64,000 nt of DNA, taken from Mobula hypostoma. Taxonomy: Eukaryota. Below are positions 49,784 through 61,609 of this stretch, one piece after another. The notes beneath the pieces were generated by a model. It saw nothing but the letters and a program-made list of their open reading frames with translations, searched no databases and was not told the origin of the DNA. Each line of letters begins with the position of its first letter. The stretch's first letter is position 1. Made by a program: the position numbers and the translations under genes. The stretch is taken from NCBI RefSeq assembly GCF_963921235.1, contig NC_086108.1, positions 112,470,001 to 112,534,000 of the forward strand, in the 5' to 3' direction.

Positions 49784-51461
49784 TCAACTAGGGGCTTTGT
49801 GAGAGATCGTGATTTTAAAAAATAAACATTGTTTTTTGAACTTGGCGTGATGCTAGCGCTGGCCAGTGACCGAGAAGTGCCGTTAGCAATCTCGTTGGCA
49901 GCCTCTCAGCCCAGTATGGCAGTGCGCAGTAGGACCCTGTTTACTTGGCTGAGTCCCTTCTCAGTTATTGACACAAGGTAGGGGAGGCTGTTGATAATTG
50001 GTGAGCGCTGTGTTGCAGGAGGGGAGGACGGTAGGATGATGGGAAGCGTGAAGTGCATTTTCCCAGCATTGAATGGAATCGCACGACTTGGGCTGTGACA
50101 TCAGCCTTCCTCCGCCGAATTACTTCCCCCAACTTCCCCTTATGTGCCACTGACTGACTTACAGGAGCGAAGAAACACTACTGGCGTAGTAGAAAATTGG
50201 AGGGAAATTTTCATTCTCAAGACGGTCCAATGTGGAGATTTTTGAAGAGGAGGTATGAGATGGAAGAGGAGGCCTCGGCCTATGGACAACTCTGATAAGG
50301 TTGATAATGAAGAACTACAATCTTCTGAGTCATTTCACTGAGCTAGTACAACAATGGACAGAAAAAAGTCCGTCTTTACAATGAAAGCTTCTTGTCAATG
50401 GATATACATGGACTGGTGATCCAAGTTGTCCTATTTCACTGTGCCTGGTATGTAGGGGTGGCGCTAAAGTGGTGCTAGCTGGGGCTATAGCCCCAGCAGA
50501 AATTGCAATAGCACCAACATAGCACCACCAAGCAATTAACTGCAGCTGCTTTGCTTTCTCTGTATAGTTTTGAATACAGCTTGTTTCTCCAGTTGATCTA
50601 GTGAAACAGCGCCCACAATTACCATAGCACTCACGCAGCAATGAAGTTATAAGCTCTCTCCGATCCACTCTACACTTCAGCTTATTCATTCGTTGTCAAT
50701 GTCTTGCCATTGCTGTCCACAGATCAGTTAAGCTGATCTAAGGTCACCTAAGGTGGTGATGTCACTCACTCTCACTCACGCGAGAGATTGATGGTATACA
50801 TCCAGGCGCAGATCCGTGGTCTCGCGAGACTAACGGATGCCACACGCGCAGATCGTGCTTTTACAAGCGAGCGAGGGCCTGGCACGTGCATTATTTTGGC
50901 CGGCGTGAAAAATGGATCGATTTTTAGTGAGAAAACGACCTCATCCAGAGGAGTCAGTGGTGTCTCAGCCTGAGCCTGTCTGAATTGAAAGTGACATGCA
51001 GAAAGAAGTAAGTGGGGATGAGGACGACAGCTGTTCATCGAAGGAGTGTGAGGGCGAAGTAGAGGAACAAGAAATGGAGCGGGATTCGGAAGAGAACGTG
51101 GATGAAGCTGCTCTTAGTGCTAGTGGGAATACTGTTAGCGATGTTAGCCAGCAGCCTGAGGAAGGACCTCGTCGGCCAGCATTGAAAAAGTACCCTTCGC
51201 TGCTCGCAACAGTTTGGCAATCAGCAAAGGAGTTTTATTCATGGCTGGTTTGACCTGTACTCCTGGCTGGAATATTCGATCACAAAAGATGCTACACTCT
51301 GCTTCGCATGCAGGCATTTCCTGTGTGGAGGACATGGGTTCCATTCTGAGTCTACCTTCACTGTAAACAACAGGAATTCTGCAGATGCTGGAAATTCAAG
51401 CAACATACATCAAAGTTGCTGGTGAACGCAGCAGGCCAGGCAGCATCTATAGGAAGAGGCG

Positions 51462-51499
51462 CAGTCGACGTTTCAGGCCGAGACCCTTCGTCAGGACTA
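51462..51499 (-). ncRNA. Minimal type I hammerhead ribozyme motif in the inverted pLTR
   Basis: UAGUC-CUGACGA-AGGGUCUCGGCCU-GAAAC-GUC-GACUG. Confidence 0.72.
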
Positions 51500-51753
51500 A
51501 CTGAAGGAAAAGTGAGTAAGGGATTTGAAAGCTGGAGGGGGAGGGGGAGATCCAAAATGATAGGAGAAGACAGGAGGGGGAGGGATAGAGCCGAGAGCTG
51601 GACAGGTGATAGGCAAAAGGGGATACGAGAGGATCATGGGACAGGAGGTCCGGGAAGAAAGACAAGGGGGGGGTGACCCAGAGGATGGGCAAGAGGTATA
51701 TTCAGAGGGACAGAGGGAGAAAAAGGAGAGTGAGAGAAAGAATGTGTGCATAA

Positions 51754-54039
51754 AAAAGTCCATCTTCCTCTCACCCCAACCCTCCCCTCTCCACTGACAC
51801 CCCCAGCCTCCCCCCTCCCCCCTCTGATCCCAGCTCTCATCCGTGCCGGGTCTTTACCATCCCCTCCGACCTTCAACTGTCGGAGGCAGATCGCTCTGTT
51901 CTCAGTAAGGGCCTCACCTTTGTCCCCCTTCGCCCACACCTCAGCGAGTTCCGTGTTCGCCATGATGCAGAACTTTTCTTCCGCCGTCTCCGTCTCCAAG
52001 CCTACTTCTTCGGCAAGGACTCTTCCACCCCCACCGATGACCCCTTCTCCCGTCTTCATCCCTCCTCTTCTTCATGGACACCCCGCTCTGGTCTTCTGCC
52101 TGCTCTGGATCTCTTTATTGCCAACTGCCGACGGGACATCAACCGTCTCGACTTCACCGCACCTTGTCCCCATTCCAACCTCACTCCTTCGGAACGCTCT
52201 GCTCTCCACTCCCTCCGCACTAATCCTAACATTATTATTAAACCCGCCGATAAGGAGGGTGCTGTTGTAGTCTGGCGTACTGACCTCTACCTTGCCGAGG
52301 CACAGCGACAACTCGCGGATACCTCCTCTTATTTACCCCTCGATCGTGACCCCACTAAGGAGCACCAGGCCATTGTCTCCCACACTATCAACGACTTTAT
52401 CCGCTCAGGGGATCTCCCATTCACTGCTACCAACCTTATAGTTCCCACACCCCGCACTTCCCGTTTCTACCTCCTACCCAAGATCCACAAACCTGCCTGT
52501 CCTGGCCGACCTATTGTCTCAGCTTGCTCCTGCCCCACCGAACTCATTTCTGCATACCTCGACACTGTTTTATCACCCCTTGTTCAATCCCTTCCCACCT
52601 ATGTTCGTGACACTTCTCACGCTCTTAAACTTTTCGATGATTTTAAGTTCCCTGGCCCCCACCGCTTTATTTTCACCATGGATGTCCAGTCCCTATATAC
52701 TTCCATCCCCCATCAGGAAGGTCTCAAAGCTCTACACTTCTTTTTGGATTCCAGACCTAATCAGTTCCCCTCTACCACCACTCTGCTCCGTCTAGCGGAA
52801 TTAGTCCTTACTCTTAATAATTTCTCCTTTTGCTCCTCCCATTTCCTCCAAACTAAAGGTGTAGCTATGGGCACCCGTATGGGTCTGAGCTATGCCTGCC
52901 TTTTTGTTGGGTTTGTGGAACAATCTATGTTCCGTGCCTATTCTGGTATCTGTCCCCCACTTTTCCTTCGCTACATCGACGACTGCATTGGCGCTGCTTC
53001 CTGCACGCATGCAGAACTCGTTAACTTTATTAACTTTGCCTCCAACCTTCACCCTGCCCTCAAGTTTACCTGGTCCATTTCTGACACCTCCCTCCCCTTT
53101 CTAGATCTTTCTGTCTCTGTCTCTGGAGACAGCTTATCCACTGATGTCTACTATAAGCCTACTGACTCTCACAACTATCTGGACTATTCCTCTTCTCACC
53201 CTGTCTCTTGCAAAAACGCCATCCCCTTCTCGCAATTCCTCCGTCTCCGCCGCATCTGCTCTCAGGATGAGGCTTTTCATTCTAGGACGAGGGAGATGTC
53301 TTCATTTTTTAAAGAAAGGGGCTTCCCTTCCTCCACTATCAACTCTGCTCTTAAACGCATCTCCCCCATTTCACGTACATCTGCTCTCACTCCATCCTCC
53401 CACCAACCCACTAGGAATAGGGTTCCCCTGGTCCTCACCTACCACCCCACCAGCCTCCGGGTCCAACATATTATTCTCCGTAACTTCCGCCACCTCCAAC
53501 GGGATCCCACCACTAAGCATATCTTTCCCTCCCCGCCTCTCTCTGCATTCCGCAGGGATCGCTCCCTACACAACTCCCTTGTCCATTCGTCCCCCCCATC
53601 CCTCCCCACTGATCTCCCTCCTGGCACTTATCCGTGTAAGCGGAACAAGTGCTACACATGCCCTTACACTTCCTCCCTTACCACCATTCAGGGCCCCAAA
53701 CAGTCCTTCCAGGTGAGGCATCACTTCACCTGTGAGTCGACTGGGGTGATAGACTGCGTCCGGTGCTCCCGATGTGGCCTTTTATATATTGGTGAGACCC
53801 GACGCAGACTGGGAGACCGCTTTGCTGAACATCTACGCTCTGTCCGCCAGAGAAAGCAGGATCTCCCAGTGGCCACACATTTTAATTCCACATCCCATTC
53901 CCATTCTGACATGTCTATCCACGGCCTCCTCTACTGTAAAGATGAAGCCACACTCAGGTTGGAGGAACAACACCTTATATTCCGTCTGGGTAGCCTCCAA
54001 CCTGATGGCATGAACATTGACTTCTCTAACTTCCGCTAG
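51754..54039 (+). CDS. PLE reverse transcriptase plus GIY-YIG endonuclease; uninterrupted frame, 5'-truncated
   Basis: The frame of ORF 52678..54039 is open back to the TAA at 51751-51753 (761 codons). Motifs VLSKGLTFVP, IIKPADKEG, FYLLPKIHK, GRPIVS, MDVQSLYTSI, FLRYIDD, FLDL, CKRNKCYTC linker, LYIGETRRRLGDRFAEH and QPDGMN. Confidence 0.88.
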   Translation, partial: KSPSSSHPNPPLSTDTPSLPPPPSDPSSHPCRVFTIPSDLQLSEADRSVLSKGLTFVPLRPHLSEFRVRHDAELFFRRLRLQAYFFGKDSSTPTDDPFSRLHPSSSSWTPRSGLLPALDLFIANCRRDINRLDFTAPCPHSNLTPSERSALHSLRTNPNIIIKPADKEGAVVVWRTDLYLAEAQRQLADTSSYLPLDRDPTKEHQAIVSHTINDFIRSGDLPFTATNLIVPTPRTSRFYLLPKIHKPACPGRPIVSACSCPTELISAYLDTVLSPLVQSLPTYVRDTSHALKLFDDFKFPGPHRFIFTMDVQSLYTSIPHQEGLKALHFFLDSRPNQFPSTTTLLRLAELVLTLNNFSFCSSHFLQTKGVAMGTRMGLSYACLFVGFVEQSMFRAYSGICPPLFLRYIDDCIGAASCTHAELVNFINFASNLHPALKFTWSISDTSLPFLDLSVSVSGDSLSTDVYYKPTDSHNYLDYSSSHPVSCKNAIPFSQFLRLRRICSQDEAFHSRTREMSSFFKERGFPSSTINSALKRISPISRTSALTPSSHQPTRNRVPLVLTYHPTSLRVQHIILRNFRHLQRDPTTKHIFPSPPLSAFRRDRSLHNSLVHSSPPSLPTDLPPGTYPCKRNKCYTCPYTSSLTTIQGPKQSFQVRHHFTCESTGVIDCVRCSRCGLLYIGETRRRLGDRFAEHLRSVRQRKQDLPVATHFNSTSHSHSDMSIHGLLYCKDEATLRLEEQHLIFRLGSLQPDGMNIDFSNFR

Positions 54040-54328
54040 GCCCCACCTCCCCCTCGTACCCCATCTGTTACTCTTTTATGCACACATTCTTTCTCTCACT
54101 CTCCTTTTTCTCCCTCTGTCCCTCTGAATATACCTCTTGCCCATCCTCTGCGTCGCCCCCCCCCCGTCTTTCTTCCCAGACCTCCTGTCCCATGATCCTC
54201 TCATATCCCTTTTGCCAATCACCTGTCCAGCTCTTGGCTCCATCCCTCCCCCTCCTGTCTTCTCCTATCATTTTGCATCTCCCCCTCCCCCTCCAGCTTT
54301 CAAATCCCTTACTCACTCTTCCTTCAGT

Positions 54329-54366
54329 TAGTCCTGACGAAGGGTCTCGGCCTGAAACGTCGACTG
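54329..54366 (+). ncRNA. Minimal type I hammerhead ribozyme motif in the direct pLTR
   Basis: Exact reverse complement of 51462-51499. Confidence 0.72.
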
Positions 54367-57300
54367 CACCTCTTCCTATAGATGCTGCCTGGCCTGCTGC
54401 GTTCACCAGCAACTTTGATGTATGTTGCTACCTTCACTGTCACTGGTTACCGCAACTGGCGGAAAGCTACAACAGTTTTCATAACCCACCATGTAAGTGC
54501 AGCTCATAAGTTTGCGATGGAGGCACGGGCCGAATTCAGACTGAGAAAACAAGACGGTTCAAGATTGGGAAATATGCTTGATAAAGGACATGCAAAGATT
54601 GTCCAAGAAAGTCATGAGTATACGAGAGCAGTGGTTGAGTCTCTACGCTCTACTGCGTGCCAAGGCATTGCCCAGCGAGAACACCGGGAGGATGATAGAT
54701 CTGGCAATAGGGGAAACTTTGTTGAGTTGCTCAGTGTAATTGGGAAGTTTGATAAGACTGTAGCTAAAAAAATAGAGGACAATCCTGGAAATGCAAAAAA
54801 CACCCATCACGATATCCAAAATGAAATTATCGGTATTATGGCAGATATGGTCAGACGTCAAATAAGAGCAGAAATCAAGGAGGCTGGATATTTTGCCATC
54901 ATGGTGGATGAAAGTAAAAACTTGAGTAAAAAGGAGCAAATATCAGTGGTGGTGCAGTATTTGAATAACGAAACAGTGCTTGAAGAATTCTTGCACTTCA
55001 CTCCAGCAGAAGGGTTGAATGCAGAGTCGCTTCTTAAAAGCATTGAACAGACACTCGCCCAGTATGTTATTGATACAAATGCGTGTATGGGTCAGTGTTA
55101 TGACGGGGCAGCAGTGATGTCCGGGTACAATAACAGGGTACAAGAGAGGTTCAGGAAAGAGGTCCCGCAGGCATTATATATACACTGCCATGCTCACAGA
55201 CTTAACCTTGTTTTAGTGGATGTTGTGAGCAACGTACCACAAGCCAGTGAGTTTTTTGAAACTCTGCAGCTGCTTTACAACTTGTTTTCAAACTCTGTTG
55301 CCCACGCTCTTTTCATGAAGAAACAGAGAGAACTAGGATCAACTGCACAGCCCGTGGAGTTGAAGAAATTGTCAGATACACGCTGGGCATGGCAGTATAC
55401 AGCTTTGTGGGCTATCAGGAAATGACTCCCTGCCATTCTAGCTACACTACAGGATATTATGGGCCAAATGCACGGAGGCCAGAGCTGTAAATGGACTGAT
55501 TGACGAGCAGTTTGCTTTACTTCTCACTCTGTTTGAAGATTTATTCTGAGTCACCAAGTTCATGTCAGACCAGCTACAATCTCCCAGTTTGGAGCTTTCA
55601 TCCGCTGTGGACTTGGCTCAGTCTGTTATCGATGCACTCTCAGCAAAACGGGGAGAGGAATCATGGAGTGAAATTCAGGCAAGAGCTAGGGACCTGTGCG
55701 TCAAGGCCGGTATACAGAGCAGACCACATGAAAGGAGACAGGCCCAGCCACCCCGCCGCCTACATGATTTTGTTGTTGAGGCCCAAACTGAACGCACACC
55801 TGGCACATCCTCTGATGACCTTCACAAGCACTGTTTCTATCCGGTTATAGACAGACTTCTGACTGAAATGAAAAGATGGTTCTCAATTGAGACTGGGGGT
55901 GTTCTGACTGGAGTCTCAGCATTGAGTCCCAAACACAAGTTCTTCCTAGACAAGAATTGTCTTTGGCCAATGGCCGAGTACTATGGAGTGACTGAAGTGA
56001 ACCTGACTGCAGAGCTACATCAGGTTCGGCGTCTGCTGGAAACAAAACAAAAGCAAGGACAGACAGTGAATGACACTGGAGTTTCTAGCTCTAATGAGTC
56101 CCTACCACGATGCATTTATAGATTTATACAAACTAATCAGCATATCACTGACCCTGCCTGTGACATCTGCCTCATGCAAACGGAGTTTCTCTTGCCTCAG
56201 ACGCATCAAAAACTACCTAAGGAACAGCATCGGCGATGCTCGGAACAGCAACTTGGCCCTGTTGGCCATAAACAGCCGGAGAACCAAAGCACTTGGCATC
56301 CAGAAAATCACTGATGCTAACGCCACCAATCACAACAACAGACGGATTTTGCTTCTCTGAAAACATTAATGGTGAGTGAAGTTGATTTTTTAAAAATTTG
56401 GGCCAAGACTAATGCTGATTATTATTATTATTTTGTGGTGGATACCCCATAGTCCTTATGTTTCCTGCAGATCCTAAAATATTACATTTACTGCTATTAA
56501 GCCAACTGGCTTTGCTTAGACTTCCAAGCGGTGATTCTGTTGAATTTTGTTTTAATTTCAGTAGCCGAATTAATTGAGGTATTGCATGGTCAGATTACGA
56601 TTTGTCCAACTCCTGGTAAAGCCTTGCATCTGTTGTTTGCCTTATTTGACTTTAATAATGGTGTATCTTTTGGCATTGCTGTCTATGTAATGCGAATAGT
56701 AGAGGGTTCGTTTTGTGTTTTTCAGTCAAAAAGCACGCATTTGAAGCTGATTGCGGGATTGGTGCGTGATTCACATTGTCCGCTGTGGCTCGGATGCTCT
56801 TTTTTTTCGTTTATGCTTCCTGTAGCCCAGGTTGTCTCCAATGCCGTTGACACTGACACAGTTCATTTCTATATTAGATCTATCAATTGCTGTTGCTTGT
56901 GAATCAACAGAGGCATTTACAGTAGGCACATAATGCTTGAAACCGACTTCTTAACGCCACGCATCTGGCCTTGCGAATATATATTACCATACAGTGCATC
57001 CCTCAGCACCATCACTGAATAATTCAGCCCCTCCGTAGCACCAGCAAGAAAAAATCTCTGGTGCCACCACTGCTGGTATGTAACAAACAACAAGCACAGA
57101 TTTCAGAAGCTAGGCCTATGTTTAAGCCTGATCATGTCACTTGGTAAGAAAATGTTTTTTCAAAGTTTTGTATAAAATTGTGTCTTAGGCAATATTTTTA
57201 TTCATATTGCTTTGGCTTTTGTTTTTTAGTAACTTTACTATTCAACATTGTCAATCATTTTCGTGTTGTAAATAGCATTAATGAAAGTCAATTTACAATG

Positions 57301-58300
57301 ATTTAAATTAAATCTACAGCGTCTACCTTTAGAAAAATTTAATCCCATTTTGGCTTAAACCAGTTATTTGTCAGAAATTTATTATATCTTCATGAGTTTT
57401 TAAAATTTATGAAAGGGAAAGGAAGATTAATTCAAGAAAGTACGCTAAGCTTAACTACCTGTTTTTTCAAGAAAGGTTGGCTAAAAAATTCATTCTCTAC
57501 TCAAAAGAGCATTGACAATTATTTTTGGATCATTATTTCGACAAATCACTGATCATGCTAACGCACCGTGAGCTGTAGATACAATAATTTTTATGCAGGG
57601 GTTCCCTGAGACCTGAAAATTATTTCATGGGATCCTCCAGTGCAAGGTGGTTGAGAAAGGCTGATCTAGGCCATTCAACATTTGATAGGTTTCAATGACT
57701 CCCATGGACAATCCTTTCAACCAGAACTCTGGAGTGAGATGAAGTCTGACAAGTTACTGACGTGAAACATTCACCTAGTTCCTCTCTCATGTAACATCTG
57801 CTCAATAATTTCTTTTTATACTCCACATAATATATGCAGCTTCCTTTTTATACATTTCCCAAGACGGTTTAAATCCATTTTCTAAGCCAACAGTAAATTA
57901 ACTCTCTTGTGACATAATTATTAAGGAAGTTACCTTCAAAACACAAAATCTGAATAGGAATTCCGCATGCTTTGTTGTGCCGAATGGCCTGTTCCCATCA
58001 AAGACTTTCTCATCTTCTAAAAATAACCAGCCTTAAAACACTCATAGCATATTTGCATACGATAGGGTCTTTTAAGAGGCTCTTAGATAGGTACATGGAG
58101 CTTAGTAAAATAGAGGGCTATAGGTAAGCCTAGTAATTTCTAAGGTAGGGGCATGTTCGGCACAGCTTTGTGGGCCAAAGGGCTTGTATTGTGCTGTAGG
58201 TTTTCTATGTTTCTATGTCATCAAACTCAGACATTTCCCTAAAGATCAAATTCCAGTAGAAATTGAACAATCAGGCACCTCCATGCATTGGCACTTGCTT

Positions 58301-58640
58301 CAGCACTGAACTGGGTCTGTGACTGTGGCCTACAGCCATCAGGCTCCTGGACTGTCCGGACTCGTCTCAGCACTGAACTGGGTCCGTGACTGTGGCCTGC
58401 AGCCACTGGGCTCCTGGACTGTCTGCACTCATCTCAGCACTGAACTGGGTCCGTGACTGTGGCCTGCAGCCACTGGGCTCCTGGACTGTCTGCACTCATC
58501 TCAGCACTGAACTGGGTCCGTGACTGTGGCCTGCAGCCACTGGGCTCCTGGACTGTCTGCACTCATCTCAGCACTGAACTGGGTCCGTGACTGTGGCCTG
58601 CAGCCACTGGGCTCCTGAAAGGGCTCTGTGACTGTGGCTA
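58301..58640. repeat. 67-bp tandem repeat, about 5 copies
   Basis: cagcactgaactggg recurs at 58301, 58368, 58435, 58502 and 58569. Confidence 0.92.
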
Positions 58641-61609
58641 GGGTTAAATCATTGGCTTTCTGGGTGGCATGGCTGAAAGGGCCAGAAGGGTCTACTCCAC
58701 GTTGTATCTCAATAAAAATAAAAACCTTAACTGACCAACCAGTACATCCTTAGACTGTGGGAGGAAAGCAGAGCACCTAGAGGAAACCTACGTGGTCGCG
58801 GGGAGAACGTACAAACTCCTTACAGAGGATGCCGGGATTGAGCTCGGAATTCCAATGCTCCGAGCTGTAATAGTGTCCTGCTAGCCACCACAGACTTGTA
58901 GATAGTAAGTGATTAAGGAAGGAGGTACAGGAGCCTCAGGACCCACACCACCAGGTTCAGAAACAGTTATTACCCCTCAACCACCAGGTTCCTGAACCAG
59001 AGGGGATAACTTCACTCACCCCATCACTAAACTGTTCCCACAACCTGTAGTCTCACTCTCTTCATCTCGTGTTCTTGATATTTGTTGCTTATTTATTTAC
59101 TATTTTGTTTTTCTTTTCGTATTTGTACAGTGTTGTCTTTTGCACCTTGGTTGAACACCCAAGAAATGTGGTCTACCATTGATTCTACTATTATTGTTAT
59201 TATTCTTTTACGGATTTATTGAGTATGTCCGCAAGACAATGAACCTCAGAGTTCTCAGGGTGACATATATGTACTTTGATGATAAATTAACTTTGATGTT
59301 GGACATCATCATTGATGAGCTCCGTTTCAACAGTCAGGTTCCTGGGCATTTGCCAGGGCCTGGTGTGGGAGAACCACATCTCCTGCATTAAAATAAAGGC
59401 TCGGCAGACGACGGACTTCTTGCGGCAGTTGGTAAAATTCCATCTTCCGCAGAGCGTCCTGGTGTAATTCTACACTGCCATCACAGAGCGCATCCTCACG
59501 TCAGCCATCGCTGTCCGGTCTGGTACAGCGTTCTCTCACAATACACAAGAACTACAGCGAGCTGTCAGGTCAGCAGAGAAGGTCATTGGCTGCAGCCTAC
59601 CGTCACGGCAGGACACGGGCACAAGGGACACTGACCTTCATGAGTTATTCAGATGGAAGTACTTCAAAAGAACTTCTCCAGGAATTGTCACCCTGTCGTG
59701 TTTGGGCCACATGCCGGGTGGTGTGATGGCCACTGGTTAGTGTGGACAGGATGGGCTGAGGGGCCTGTTCCCTGCTGCAGGACAACACTTGCATGATGTA
59801 ACCTCGGCTGGCATGCTCAACGCAAGTCCCCCTCACATTTCTCAGAGGAAGCCACGTCAAAACGAAACCAAAAAAAGTGAAGCGGATAGAGTGACTGAGC
59901 CGACGGGCAGCAGGGAGTGTGCAGATGATCGGGAGACTCCCCTCCCTCCCCCAGTCCAACCTATTTTACCAGAACACCATCCAGAGTGTCCCGAGCAGTC
60001 TGGTACGGGAATTACAAGGGATCCGACCGCAAGTCCCGACAAAGGATTGCAGAGACTGCGGAGAGGACCATCGGGGTTTCACTTCCACCCATTCGAGATA
60101 TTTATCAGGAGTGCTGTGTACTCAGCGGTCTTAGCATTATCAATGATCCCTCCCATCCATCCAACAGTCTGTTTGACCCCCCCCCACCATCAGGCAGGAG
60201 GTACTGTAGCATCAGGATAGAACAGTTAGGATGGGAAACAGCTTCTTCCCCCAGGCTGTGAGATTACTGAACTCCCTGGCGCCAATAGAGTTACACTGTT
60301 TACTTACTCGTTATTTTTTGTTAATTAATTAATTTGTGGGAATACTAGCTTATGTGTTGTGCACCTTGGTCCGGAGGAACGTTGTTCTGTTTTGGGGGTA
60401 TACATGTGTACGGTTGTGTGGGAGTTATACGTACTGTGTTGTGCACCTTAGTCCGGAGGAACATCATTTCATCCGGTGGTGTATGCTCGAATGACAATAA
60501 AGTGAACTTGACGTGTTATTTAATCACGACTGGCATGTTCAACGCAAGTTTCTCAGATGATGACACACAAGACGTGAGCTGGAAGACTGGCTGAGCTAAC
60601 AGGCAGCTGGATGGGGGACAGTTGCAGACACTATGACTATTCAGGGACTCAGCACTGGACAGAGGTTCCGGGGTCGGAACAATCAGGGGGTCCCGCAGCC
60701 TCCGGGGTGACGTTTTTGGTCGAAACACTGCCATCAGGAACCGCCCCCCCACCGCCCAACCCGATGAGTTCACAGACCGCTGAACATACGTGGGACGTCA
60801 CCGAGCAGAGCAGTTAGGGTGATGCTATTACAGCTCAGGGTGTCTGAGATCAGAGTTCAATTCCAGCGTCCTCTATATGTCCCTTCCTGTGATCGCATGC
60901 GTTTCCTCCAGGTGCTCTGGTTTCCTCCCACACTCCAAGGACGTACCAGTTGGTCACTGATTAGGCTGGGGTTAAATGAGTGGGTTGTGGGTGGTGTGGA
61001 TTGGTGGGCCTATTCTGCACTGTAGCACTAAATAAATAAACAGGCCCACCTTGAAACGTACACCAAGATCAACCTAACCCTTCCACCCCCCCATATAGCT
61101 CTCCATTTTTCTATCATCCCTGTGACTTTCCAAGTGCTTCCAATGTATCTGTCTGCACCAGCAGGGGATTCTACACACCCAGCACTCTCTGTGTAAAAAA
61201 AAAAAAAAAATCCCATCTCTGACATCACTCCAAGACTTCTCTCCAACCACCTTAAAGTTAATTCCCCACATATTTGCCATTTCTGTACTGCAAAACCGAG
61301 TTGTTTCAAACCCATTGTGAAATGTTCCCCTTTTAAGGGCATCGCTGTGACACAGATCACATCCCCAGCCGCACACATCAGCTTCAACCACTGCACTTCA
61401 AAGGCTGCAGGCCAGTAGTGGTCTGTACCTCTGCAGAACTATCAAACACCCAAAACTAAATGTAAAAAGCAGAACAAAGACCTCACTTCATCCGTTTCTT
61501 TTCACAGCCCTGACCATACACTTCCTCCCCATTCTGTTCTTTGCTTTTGACTTTTTTCCTGTGAGACCCACTGTCAACGCTGTGGTTTCGGGGCAGGAGT
61601 CGCTGTCAA

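Larger units (their letters stand above)
51365..54427 (+). mobile_element. Young Neptune-type Penelope-like element with inverted 5' pseudo-LTR
   Basis: Perfect 13-bp TSD ctaccttcactgt (51352-51364 and 54428-54440). Inverted pLTR 51365-~51756 mirrors the direct pLTR ~54068-54427. Confidence 0.95.
50912..56360 (+). pseudogene. hAT transposase pseudogene (TTF-type zinc finger, DDE core, hAT dimerisation domain)
   Basis: MDRFLVRKR start. WLEYSITKDATLCFACRHF..TFTV|TGYRNWRKA is split by the PLE. Also NRGNFVELL, FAIMVDES, QCYDGAAVMSG, YIHCHAHRLNL, TRW and LPVTSASCKRSFS (catalytic E replaced by K). Premature stops and frameshifts. Confidence 0.9.
50453..57072 (+). mobile_element. ZMYM1-like hAT DNA transposon, full length but defective
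   Basis: Perfect 8-bp TSD ctggtatg (50445-50452 and 57073-57080). Imperfect TIRs TAGGGGTGGCGC / rc CAGTGGTGGCAC. Subterminal (t/c)agc(a/c)cc repeats at both ends. Confidence 0.9.
49303..57663 (+). mobile_element. Buster/Charlie/SPIN-type hAT deletion derivative (outer layer of the nest)
   Basis: Joining across the inner hAT gives YNESFLSM/GYTWTGDPSCPISLCLVCNKQ, the BED-finger N-terminus of ZBED5/ZBED8-type transposases. Right terminus gttgagaaaggctg at 57663. Eroded left terminus catgattttcaac. The flanking CR1 reads through (catcctat | atctaggccattcaac). Confidence 0.7.

Noticed and set aside
54382..55425. 347-aa ORF as a host ZMYM1 gene
   Set aside because: Its first residues come from the PLE pLTR. 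It lies within TIRs and a TSD, and is followed by stops, frameshifts and a mutated catalytic residue.
61480..61540. Possible BCL10 exon 1 ending at a GTGAGG donor-like site
   Set aside because: No frame resembles the BCL10 N-terminus and there is no promoter-like context.
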